Source: Lachnospiraceae bacterium
GTDB lineage: Bacteria > Bacillota > Clostridia > Lachnospirales > Lachnospiraceae
DNA: 64,000 nucleotides
Reading direction: 5' to 3'
Assembly (NCBI GenBank): GCA_017462755.1
Contig: JAFTQM010000014.1
Location: 2,316-66,315, forward strand
Part shown: one piece after another, positions 35,467-43,564 of the stretch
How positions within the stretch are numbered: the first letter of the stretch is position 1
Layout: each line of letters starts with the position of its first letter
Made by a program: the position numbers and the translations under genes
The notes under the pieces: generated by a model
What the model saw: the letters and a program-made list of their open reading frames with translations, nothing else
Database searches by the model: none
What the model was told of the DNA's origin: nothing

Positions 35467-37574
35467 TGGATGATTTGGAAATTAGAGAGCTTTATTTGGG
35501 ACATTTCGGTAAATTTGAAAAGAAGGAGCTTACGCTTTCACCGGGCATCAACGTGATACAGGGTGCCAATGAGGCGGGAAAATCCACGATACATTCCTTT
35601 ATTCGGGGAATGTTTTTTGGCATTGAAAAACGGCGGGGCAGAGAAGCGAAGGGAGACTTGTACGGTCGCTATCAGCCGTGGGAAACGCCGGGAGCGTATC
35701 AGGGAAGCATGATTCTGGAAAAGAATGATACCCGCTATCAGATTTCGCGTAATTTTTTGCAGAAGGAGCGCAGTGTTTCGGTTACGGATATGAGCACCGG
35801 CAGAGAATTGTCGGAGCAGGAGCTTTTGGCAGGAGGGCTGTTGGAGCATTTCAATGAAACCGTGTACCGAAATACCATCAGTATAGAACAGCTGAAGGCA
35901 GCGACGGAAAAGGAATTTGCAGGAGAACTGCAAAACTTTATTGCGAATCTGTCGATGACCCGGAGCAATGAGGTGGATATCAGTGGAGCGCTGCAGCGCT
36001 TGAAGGAAAAGAAAAAGCAGCTGGATATCGATGGCTTGGAGCAGGAACGGGCAGGTTTGGCAGAACAGGCATTACAGGCAGCGCAGAAGGTGGAACGGAG
36101 CGATGAGCTGACGGAGGCATTGCAGGAGCTGCTTGCGGAAAAGGAAGCACTGGAGCGAGATTTTGCAGAGCAGAGTAAGGGCTTTTTGGGAGAACAGGCA
36201 GCGGATATCGGCAGAATGCTGGAGAAGTATCAAACATATCAGGGGCTGACGAGGGAGCTGGAGAACCGAGCGAACAGCAGGAAGCAGCTGGAGGAGAGAA
36301 TTCAAAAAATCGAAGAAGAGAAAATAGACAGTGCGACGCTGGATGCAGATTTGAAGCAGCTGAACCATATCAAGGAAGAGGCGCGGGCATTTGAAATGAG
36401 TCGAAACCGGGAACTGGATATTGAGGAAGATGCACTGAACCGAGAGCTGAAAGAGAAGCGCATGGGCTGTATAGCGGCAGCGTTGACAGGACTTATCATA
36501 ACGATTGTAACGGCAGTGCTTTCTTTGGTACCGGGAATTGCAATCGGTATTGTCATTATGCTGCTTGCAGGTGTGATGTATCTGGTAATGGCATCGCGCA
36601 GAGAAAAGAAGTATCAGCTGTTGCTGCAAAAGAAACAGGAAGTTGTGTCGGAGCAGTTAAGTCTGGAAGGACGGAAAAAAGAAATTTTGGTCAGAAATTA
36701 TGTGGTAGACACGGAGAGCCTGCGTAAAAAATACAATGCCAGAGTCGCAGAGGAGGCGGAGCTGCGTCAATTAAAGGAGCGCAGACAGGAAAATGAAGCA
36801 GAGCAGGAGAAGTATCTCAGACAGAGAGCACAGCTTCGAGCCGAGCTGTTGGAGTATTGCCGAAATCTGCAGCCGGAGCTGTTTGATGCAGAGGAGCTGA
36901 CGGAGGAAGGGATGCGTGCTCTTGCAGAGCGGGTCAATGCGGCGCGTCAGAAGGAGTTTGCGGTACAGGAGAGTTATCGCAATGCAAAAGAGGAGCTGCG
37001 CAGCAGGGAAGAGCATATCCGCTGGGAGCTGAGTACGCTCGCAGGAGCGGCAGTGCAGCTTGAGGAGCTGGAAAAGCAGAAGAAGGAATGTGAGACGGCG
37101 ATTGCAGAGCTTCAAAAAGAGAGTGTGGCATTGGAATTTGCCATGGAAACGATTAAGAAGCTTTCTGCGGAGATTCATGATAGCTTTGGTGAGAGCCTGA
37201 ACCGGAGTATTTCAGAGAAGGTTAAGGAGATTACCGACGGTGCTTATGATGGGATAGTCATGGATGAGCAGCTGACGGTACGTGTAAGCTCAAAAAACGG
37301 CTATCTGCCGCTCGAAAAGCTGAGTGCAGGAACAAATTGCCAAATCTATCTGGCGGTGCGTATGGCGATGGCAGAGCTGTTTTTCCCGGAGGAGAGGATG
37401 CCGTTGCTGTTTGATGATACCTTTGCTTTGTACGATGATGCCAGAACGGAGGCGGCGTTAGCGTATCTGGCGAAAACAGGAAAGCAGATTTTGATATTTA
37501 CCTGTCATACCAGAGAAGCACGTTTGCTGAATAAGCTTGGGATTGCGTATGAGCTGATAGAGTTGGGAGCGTAG
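35466..37574 (+). CDS. SbcC/Rad50-like AAA ATPase (YhaN/SbcE-like) with a predicted TM hairpin inside the coiled-coil
   Basis: ORF-track 35463..37574 (GTG). ATG 35466 overlaps the upstream TGA. Walker A GANEAGKST, long heptad-rich middle, signature-like LSAGTNCQIYLAVRMA, Walker B LLFDDTFALYD. Two hydrophobic helices (CIAAALTGLIITIVTAVLSLVPGIAIGIVIMLLAGVMYLVMA) are encoded at ~36463-36600. Confidence 0.75.
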   Translation: MDDLEIRELYLGHFGKFEKKELTLSPGINVIQGANEAGKSTIHSFIRGMFFGIEKRRGREAKGDLYGRYQPWETPGAYQGSMILEKNDTRYQISRNFLQKERSVSVTDMSTGRELSEQELLAGGLLEHFNETVYRNTISIEQLKAATEKEFAGELQNFIANLSMTRSNEVDISGALQRLKEKKKQLDIDGLEQERAGLAEQALQAAQKVERSDELTEALQELLAEKEALERDFAEQSKGFLGEQAADIGRMLEKYQTYQGLTRELENRANSRKQLEERIQKIEEEKIDSATLDADLKQLNHIKEEARAFEMSRNRELDIEEDALNRELKEKRMGCIAAALTGLIITIVTAVLSLVPGIAIGIVIMLLAGVMYLVMASRREKKYQLLLQKKQEVVSEQLSLEGRKKEILVRNYVVDTESLRKKYNARVAEEAELRQLKERRQENEAEQEKYLRQRAQLRAELLEYCRNLQPELFDAEELTEEGMRALAERVNAARQKEFAVQESYRNAKEELRSREEHIRWELSTLAGAAVQLEELEKQKKECETAIAELQKESVALEFAMETIKKLSAEIHDSFGESLNRSISEKVKEITDGAYDGIVMDEQLTVRVSSKNGYLPLEKLSAGTNCQIYLAVRMAMAELFFPEERMPLLFDDTFALYDDARTEAALAYLAKTGKQILIFTCHTREARLLNKLGIAYELIELGA

Positions 37575-37576
37575 AA

Positions 37577-39706
37577 GTGTCCGGAATGGAGGATAATGTG
37601 AATAGTCATGGAGAGAATATAGGACGGGGAATCATCCGGGGCATCGGACATGGAGTCAAAAGAATCATCCAGCTGTTGTTTCTTTTGCTGTTGCTTGCAA
37701 TTGTATCGCTTGCAATTTGGTTTTATGTAAAATACGGAAAGCAGCTCTTTGCGTATCAGAGCAGAGCCAATGCATTGGTAGAGGCATCGACAGAGGAGAC
37801 CTTCCGTGCATCGCAGACCAGCTTGGTATATGCGGCGGACGGACAGTTGATTTCTGCCCTAAAGGGGGAGAAGGATGTCTATTATCTGAGCTATGACTCT
37901 ATACCGGAATATGTGATTGATGCGGTTCTTTCCGTAGAGGACCGAAAGTTCTTTGAGCATGATGGAATTGATTTGTTTGCGAATATTCGTGCAGCGATTG
38001 CGCTGATTGAGAATGAAGGTGAGATTCATCAGGGCGGAAGTACGATTACGCAGCAGCTGGCGCGAAATGTATTTTTAACCAACGAGGTCACATGGGAGCG
38101 AAAGATTACGGAGATTTTTGCTGCCATGGCGCTGGAACGCAAGTACAATAAGAAGCAGATTTTGGAGTTCTATTTAAACAATATTTATTTTGCAAACGGT
38201 TATTACGGAATTCAGGCAGCAAGTAAGGGCTATTTTGGTGTAAGTGTAAAGGAGCTGTCGCTGTCGCAGGTGGCATTTTTGTGTGCGATTCCGAATGACC
38301 CGACGGATTACAACCCGCTGACACGTTTTGAGTCGGCATTGTCCAGACGGGATAAGGTGCTGCTGCAGATGTGGGAGCAGGAGAAAATTACGGATGCCGA
38401 ATATCAGGCAGCCCTGAAAGAGAAAATCGTACTGCAGACCTCGGAGACTACCGTGCAGAATTTTGCGGAGAGCTATACTTATTTTTGTGCTATCCGGGCA
38501 TTGATGGAGCAGCAGGGTTTTGTGCTGCGAAACGAGTTTACGGACGAAGCGGATAAGGCAAATTATGAGAAGCAGTACTATGAGGCCTATTATCTGATAC
38601 AGAAGCGGTTGTATACCGAAGGCTACCGGATTTACACCTCGATTGATTTAAAGAAGCAGGCGCAGCTTCAGGCGGCGCTGGATGCGGAATTAGCGGTCAA
38701 TCAGGAAACGGATGAGGGCGGCACCTATTTGCTGCAGGGCTCGGCGGTGTGTATTGATAACGATACCGGCAGAGTGGTGGCGGTAATCGGCGGCAGAGAG
38801 CAGGAGATTGAGGGATATACCTTGAACCGGGCATACCAGAGCTTTCGCCAGCCGGGAAGCTCGATTAAGCCGTTGATTGTGTATACCCCGATGTTTGAAC
38901 GGGGCATGTATCCGGACGATATCGTAGTGGATGAGCGTTTTGAGGGTGGTCCGAGAAATTCCGGAAATGTTTATTCGGGAGAGATTCCGGTAAGCCGTGC
39001 GATAGCGGTGTCGAAAAATACGGTAGCGTGGAAGCTGTTTGACCAGCTGACGCCGACGGTGGGCTTATCCTATCTGTTACATATGAATTTTCGTAAAATT
39101 GTGCCGACCGATTATGTACCGGCAGCGGCTTTGGGAGGCTTTACCTACGGTACCAATACGGTAGAGATGGCTTCAGCTTACGCTACGTTAGAAAATGACG
39201 GTGTGTTTTATAATCCGACCTGTATTGTAAAAATCATGGATGCAGAGGGCAATGAAATTATCGGAGATCGGATGGAGAGCAAACGAGTATATTCGGTCAA
39301 TGCTGCGCGGATTATGACCTCATGTCTGCAGGGAGTTATGGAAACCGGTACCGGACGTAAGCTTACGGTAAAGGGGCAGAATACGGCGGGCAAGACAGGT
39401 ACCACCAACGACCAGAAGGACGGCTGGTTTGTAGGCTACACAAAATATTACACGACTGCTGTATGGGTGGGCTTTGATATGCCGCGTGAGATGGAGGATT
39501 TGATGGGCAATACCTATCCGGGACGTATCTGGCAGAGCTTTATGACAACGATTCACGAGGGGCTTGAGGCGAAGGAATTTGAGATGTACGAGGATTTGCG
39601 CCCGAAGGAAGATCCGGGAGTATTGGAGGAAGAGGACGCAGAAGCCGAGGATAGCACCGCGAATGCGGAGAATGCAGAAAATTCGGAAGAAGATACAGAG
39701 GAATAG
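37577..39706 (+). CDS. Class A penicillin-binding protein (PBP1A family transglycosylase/transpeptidase)
   Basis: 709 aa. GTG start with GGGAG SD 7 nt upstream. N-terminal TM anchor, GT51 motifs EDRKFFEHDGID and GGSTITQQ, transpeptidase SxxK (SSIKP) and KTGTT, acidic C-terminal tail. Confidence 0.9.
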   Translation: MSGMEDNVNSHGENIGRGIIRGIGHGVKRIIQLLFLLLLLAIVSLAIWFYVKYGKQLFAYQSRANALVEASTEETFRASQTSLVYAADGQLISALKGEKDVYYLSYDSIPEYVIDAVLSVEDRKFFEHDGIDLFANIRAAIALIENEGEIHQGGSTITQQLARNVFLTNEVTWERKITEIFAAMALERKYNKKQILEFYLNNIYFANGYYGIQAASKGYFGVSVKELSLSQVAFLCAIPNDPTDYNPLTRFESALSRRDKVLLQMWEQEKITDAEYQAALKEKIVLQTSETTVQNFAESYTYFCAIRALMEQQGFVLRNEFTDEADKANYEKQYYEAYYLIQKRLYTEGYRIYTSIDLKKQAQLQAALDAELAVNQETDEGGTYLLQGSAVCIDNDTGRVVAVIGGREQEIEGYTLNRAYQSFRQPGSSIKPLIVYTPMFERGMYPDDIVVDERFEGGPRNSGNVYSGEIPVSRAIAVSKNTVAWKLFDQLTPTVGLSYLLHMNFRKIVPTDYVPAAALGGFTYGTNTVEMASAYATLENDGVFYNPTCIVKIMDAEGNEIIGDRMESKRVYSVNAARIMTSCLQGVMETGTGRKLTVKGQNTAGKTGTTNDQKDGWFVGYTKYYTTAVWVGFDMPREMEDLMGNTYPGRIWQSFMTTIHEGLEAKEFEMYEDLRPKEDPGVLEEEDAEAEDSTANAENAENSEEDTEE

Positions 39707-39710
39707 CGAC

Positions 39711-39755
39711 AAGAAAGCCGTTGCAAATGTTTGAAGCATTTGTAACGGCTTTCTT
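39711..39755. terminator. Bidirectional rho-independent terminator between convergent PBP and prs genes
   Basis: 19-bp stem AAGAAAGCCGTTGCAAATG / CATTTGTAACGGCTTTCTT with a 7-nt loop. Confidence 0.75.
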
Positions 39756-39769
39756 GAATCATATGAAAT

Positions 39770-40951
39770 TTACTGGTTCGTCTGGTTTTCCTTATACTTT
39801 CTTACGAAGTTCTGAATGCGATTGGTCGGACTTAAGAATTCGCTAATCGAGCAATCGTGGTTCAGAGTGTCGATTAACAGAGCGATGTACTTGCTCATAT
39901 CTGCATTCAGATAGTATGGTCTGGAGAGCAGCTCTTCGGTCTGATAAATCAGGTTGGTGGTGATGACACGGTAAATCAAACCATCCTCATAAGCCTTATC
40001 GAACTTCTCTAAGCCATTGGTAAATAAACCGAAGGTGGAGCAAAGGAAGATACGGTTTGCCTTTCTCTTCTTTAACTCGGTAGCAACATCTAACATACTT
40101 TCGCCGGAGGAAATCATATCGTCAAGGATAACAACATCCTTGCCTTCGACATCCTTGCCGAGGAATTCGTGTGCAATAATCGGGTTACGTCCGTCTACAA
40201 TGCGGGAGTAATCACGACGCTTATAGAACATACCCATATCCAGACCGAGCATCGTAGCAAAGTATACGGCTCTGCCCATAGCACCTTCGTCCGGGCTGAT
40301 TACCATCATATGGTCGGAGTCGATGGTCAAATCCGGTACGTTGTTCAATAATGCCTTGATGAACTGATAGGTAGGCATTACGGTTTCGAAGGTCTTTAAC
40401 GGAATTGCATTCTGTACACGAGGGTCATGTGCATCGAAGGTAATGATGCTTTCTACACCCATATTGGTCAGCTCCTGCAGAGCCAGTGCGCAGTCAAGAG
40501 ATTCTCTGGTGCTTCTCTTGTGCTGACGGCTTTCGTACAAGAATGGCATGATAACGGTAATACGACGCGCTTTACCGCCTACCGCAGCAATCACACGCTT
40601 TAAATCAGCGAAGTGGTCGTCCGGAGACATATGATTGGTCTGACCACATACCTTGTAGGTTAAGCTGTAATTGGTCACGTCAGAAATAATATATAAATCA
40701 TCGCCGCGTACGCTTTCCTTGATGACACCCTTTGCTTCACCGGTACCGAAACGAGGGCACTGGGTCTTAATCAGGTAATTGTCTCTTTCATATCCTGCAA
40801 ATGCGATCGTAGAAGCGTGTGTATGCTCACGCTCTTTTCTCCATTTCACGATGTATTCGTTTACCTTCTCGCCAATGGAACGGGAGCTCTCCATAGCTAC
40901 AATACCAAGAGCACCTACGGGAATGGTTTCAAAAAACTTTTCTTGCGGCAT
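39770..40951 (-). CDS. prs: Ribose-phosphate diphosphokinase (PRPP synthetase), long form
   Basis: 393 aa with GGAGG SD. PRPP-binding loop VVILDDMISSGESM and N-terminal Pribosyltran_N-like region. It is longer and more divergent than canonical ~315-aa Prs. Confidence 0.7.
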   Translation of the reverse strand: MPQEKFFETIPVGALGIVAMESSRSIGEKVNEYIVKWRKEREHTHASTIAFAGYERDNYLIKTQCPRFGTGEAKGVIKESVRGDDLYIISDVTNYSLTYKVCGQTNHMSPDDHFADLKRVIAAVGGKARRITVIMPFLYESRQHKRSTRESLDCALALQELTNMGVESIITFDAHDPRVQNAIPLKTFETVMPTYQFIKALLNNVPDLTIDSDHMMVISPDEGAMGRAVYFATMLGLDMGMFYKRRDYSRIVDGRNPIIAHEFLGKDVEGKDVVILDDMISSGESMLDVATELKKRKANRIFLCSTFGLFTNGLEKFDKAYEDGLIYRVITTNLIYQTEELLSRPYYLNADMSKYIALLIDTLNHDCSISEFLSPTNRIQNFVRKYKENQTNQ

Positions 40952-41017
40952 GTTGTAATCCTCCGTTTTTCTTTTGATGACGGGATTCTCCGTCTTGGGT
41001 TGCCTTTCGCCTTGACT

Positions 41018-41046
41018 ATAATACTATCAGGTTTAAAATCCGTCAA
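41018..41046 (-). promoter_or_regulatory. Sigma-A-type promoter for prs
   Basis: Minus strand: -35 TTGACG (41046-41041), 17-nt spacer, -10 TATTAT (41023-41018). Confidence 0.45.
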
Positions 41047-41059
41047 GGGGGGAATTGAA

Positions 41060-41095
41060 AAAAGTTGTATCATTTTCTTGAAAAGTTGTATCATT
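41060..41095 (-). repeat. Two direct 15-nt repeats (plus strand AAAAGTTGTATCATT) spaced 21 nt, just upstream of the prs -35
   Basis: 41060-41074 and 41081-41095 are identical. The second copy overlaps the stop codon of the dnaI-like gene. Confidence 0.6.
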
Positions 41096-42101
41096 AAGAG
41101 AGTTTCTTCTGAATACGAATATCCTCTCCGATGATCTTTAAAAAGGTGTAATTGCTGGCAATACGCGAGAAAATACGCTCGCTGTAATTGCTTTTGAGCT
41201 GGTCGAAGGACAGGTTCGTGGAGATAATCGTGGAACGCTGGCCGAGCAGACGCTCATTGATGCACAGGTAGAGCTGAGAGGTAATAAAGGTATTGTTCAG
41301 CTCAGTACCAAGGTCGTCGATAATCAGTAAATCGCAGTCTAAGATATGTGAAAACTGATTGGCGGTTTCGGTATAGGCACGGTCATCGCCGTAGTTATCG
41401 GCATGACCGAATTTGTAGCGCTCTAAGATATCGAACAGCTGAAAGGCGGTCAGATAAATCACAGTATGTCCGGTAGAAAGCAGCTCGCCTGCAATACAGT
41501 TGGATAAAAAGGTCTTGCCGACACCGGTATTGCCGTAAATCAGGAGATTGTCGTGACGGGAATCAAAGTCGCGTACAAACTCTTTGGCAGTAGCGAGAAC
41601 TCGCTGCATATTGTCATACGGAGTCAGATGGGTCGTCTCGTCCACATAATCCTTGGAATAGTAATCCAGCGAAAACGTGGAGAAATTTTCCCGGTCGATG
41701 GCATGGCGAACATTGGATTGTGCGTAGAGCATGTCTACGACTGCCTGACGGAAGCAGTGACACTTGGCGGTACCGATAAAGCCGGTATCCTCACAATCCG
41801 GACAAAGATACTGTGGCTTTAAATAGTCGGCAGGGTAGCCGTGTGCCAGCATCAGCTCCGTTTTACGCGCAGACAATGCCTCGTTGCGTGCTTTTAAGCC
41901 CTCCAGCGCGACGGTATCGCCCATCAGGGAAAGCTTGGCACTGCGCACGGAGCCGGAGGCAATCTCGCGGTCGATTTCGTCTAATTCCGGAATCGCGGAA
42001 TAAAGTGCGGTCTGCCGCTGCTCCAGCTCATAATGGCTTTTGAGGCGTCTGGCATCATATTCGCGCAGTATGGAATTGTATTGGTAATTTTTCAGTGGCA
42101 T
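41094..42101 (-). CDS. DnaI/DnaC-like helicase-loader AAA+ ATPase
   Basis: 335 aa with GGAGAT SD. Zinc-binding-type CPDCEDTG...CHC, Walker A GNTGVGKTF, Walker B LLIIDDLG. Paired with a DnaD-domain gene. Confidence 0.8.
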   Translation of the reverse strand: MPLKNYQYNSILREYDARRLKSHYELEQRQTALYSAIPELDEIDREIASGSVRSAKLSLMGDTVALEGLKARNEALSARKTELMLAHGYPADYLKPQYLCPDCEDTGFIGTAKCHCFRQAVVDMLYAQSNVRHAIDRENFSTFSLDYYSKDYVDETTHLTPYDNMQRVLATAKEFVRDFDSRHDNLLIYGNTGVGKTFLSNCIAGELLSTGHTVIYLTAFQLFDILERYKFGHADNYGDDRAYTETANQFSHILDCDLLIIDDLGTELNNTFITSQLYLCINERLLGQRSTIISTNLSFDQLKSNYSERIFSRIASNYTFLKIIGEDIRIQKKLS

Positions 42102-42162
42102 AATGTATCTCCGTTTCGAGAAGGTTGGTTGAAAGTAGTAACACAGTACCTGACGGAAGCGG

Positions 42163-43266
42163 CTATTTGTTCAGTAAACGTTCTTCCATGGAGGAATAAT
42201 CGGCAGCAGTGTATTTGCGCTGCGGAAAGGTGTTAAAACGGTTGTTGGCAGGCGGTGCGGAATTGCTCTGCGCAGTCTTGGCAGCCTTGTCCTTTGCGGT
42301 GTTCTGGCGCGCAAATTCGCTGTCCAGTGCGGCGATATCCGATTTTTGCTTCACACCTGCGGTGTGCCAGCGTTCCAAAATCTTATCCGCATATTTAAAA
42401 TCCGGCTTGGAGACGGCAAGGAGAGTGCGATTGCAGGCCTCCTCGATAATCGGGATGTCGAAGCCGTAGGTGTGGAACCAACGGTGCATATATTCTTTCT
42501 CGATGCGACCCGGCGCCCGGTTCAAACCGAATGCCCGGTTGACAGCACCAAAGTTGGTGTTGTAAATCGTAGTGGATGCCTCTGCCTTTTCTACGGTGTC
42601 GATGCCCTCCTTGGCCCAGGCAAGAGCGACGGATTCTATGTAAGAATGACTTTTTTTGTTGCGGGAGGCACAGTACTCGTATAAATGTACAATCAGCTCC
42701 GCAGAAAATCCGATGCTCTCGTAGAGATAGAGGACAAACTGGATGTCGGAAGGCTTTAAGAGGCGTTCCAACAGGCGCGGCAGCGTGGAAAGCACCCACT
42801 GCACATCGTCCAGAGAGGACAGTGCCTGTATCTGGGAATCTGAGTAGTTCGGAATCTCAAAGGCATTGATATCGGAAATCGGATTAGCTCCGTCGGAAGC
42901 AGGTGTACTGTTTGCCGCGGAAGGCTCTGTGGTAACGGCAGTATCCTCGCAGGAGCGGTTTGAAACTGCGGGAGTCAGAAACGCAATACCGCAGAGTGTA
43001 TTTTCGGTATCATATTCCAAAGAAAGCAGCTGTTGCTTTTCCCAGTATTTTAATGCACGCAGGACATCCTTTTCGGTCTCGTCTAACTTGTCCGCAAGCT
43101 GCGTGATGCCGAACTCGGCAGTGTGCGAGCTCATCATGCGGAGCAGGGAAAGATAGACCTTTACATAGGAACCGTTTGCCTGCGGCATATAGTGGTCAAT
43201 GAAATCATTGGAAACTAAGGTATATTCGATTTCAGGTATTCGAGTAAGCTTTAATGGGGACGACAT
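42163..43266 (-). CDS. DnaD-domain replication initiation/primosome protein (DnaB/DnaD-like)
   Basis: ORF-track 42163..43449. I prefer ATG 43266 (MSSPLKLTRIPEIEYTLVSNDFIDHYMP...), because the longer N-terminus is translated from the DnaA-box cluster. Two DnaD-type C-terminal repeats (...YIESVALAWAKEGIDTVEKAE... and ...ADKILERWHTAGVKQKSD...). The SD is weak. Confidence 0.7.
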   Translation of the reverse strand: MSSPLKLTRIPEIEYTLVSNDFIDHYMPQANGSYVKVYLSLLRMMSSHTAEFGITQLADKLDETEKDVLRALKYWEKQQLLSLEYDTENTLCGIAFLTPAVSNRSCEDTAVTTEPSAANSTPASDGANPISDINAFEIPNYSDSQIQALSSLDDVQWVLSTLPRLLERLLKPSDIQFVLYLYESIGFSAELIVHLYEYCASRNKKSHSYIESVALAWAKEGIDTVEKAEASTTIYNTNFGAVNRAFGLNRAPGRIEKEYMHRWFHTYGFDIPIIEEACNRTLLAVSKPDFKYADKILERWHTAGVKQKSDIAALDSEFARQNTAKDKAAKTAQSNSAPPANNRFNTFPQRKYTAADYSSMEERLLNK

Positions 43267-43358
43267 TTTATAAAACCATGCCCTTCTAATATTTTCGTAT
43301 CCAAAGTATAGCACAAGATTTTCAGAAAGAAAATAGGGTAATTTTTTGGAGGCATGTG

Positions 43359-43564
43359 AATGGATAACTTCGTGGATAATGTGGATAACGTGGATAAATG
43401 ATATTGTACGACAATAGTAGAAAGAATGTGATAGGTGTAAACCGCGCAAAATATATACTTTTTGGAAATGGGGACTATTTTTGTAGAAAGAAAACGTCGA
43501 AACAAAAAATCCACAACCTTTCTCGACGACAAAGTGTTGATAAGGTTGTGGATAATGTGGATAA
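43359..43564. promoter_or_regulatory. Cluster of DnaA-box 9-mers flanking an AT-rich spacer
   Basis: Plus-strand reads of TGTGGATAA (reverse complement of TTATCCACA). Perfect at 43380-43388, 43547-43555 and 43556-43564. One mismatch at 43371-43379, 43389-43397 (both CGTGGATAA) and 43534-43542 (TGTTGATAA). Two mismatches at 43359-43367 (AATGGATAA). All share one orientation. The ~135-nt spacer between the two groups is AT-rich. Confidence 0.7.

Noticed and set aside
43267-43449. N-terminal extension of the dnaD-like ORF (MRGLHLSHSFYYCRTISFIHVIHIIHEVIH...).
   Set aside because: The repetitive IIH/VIH residues are simply the translation of the tandem DnaA boxes (TTATCCAC). The region is AT-rich intergenic DNA containing the promoter. 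The conserved protein begins at ATG 43266.
43359-43564. Calling the DnaA-box cluster the chromosomal replication origin (oriC).
   Set aside because: dnaA, dnaN, rpmH/rnpA and gyrB are not in the window. Gene orientation does not switch cleanly here (murC on the right is on the minus strand). Non-origin DnaA-box clusters are well known. It is kept only as a low-probability alternative within the finding.
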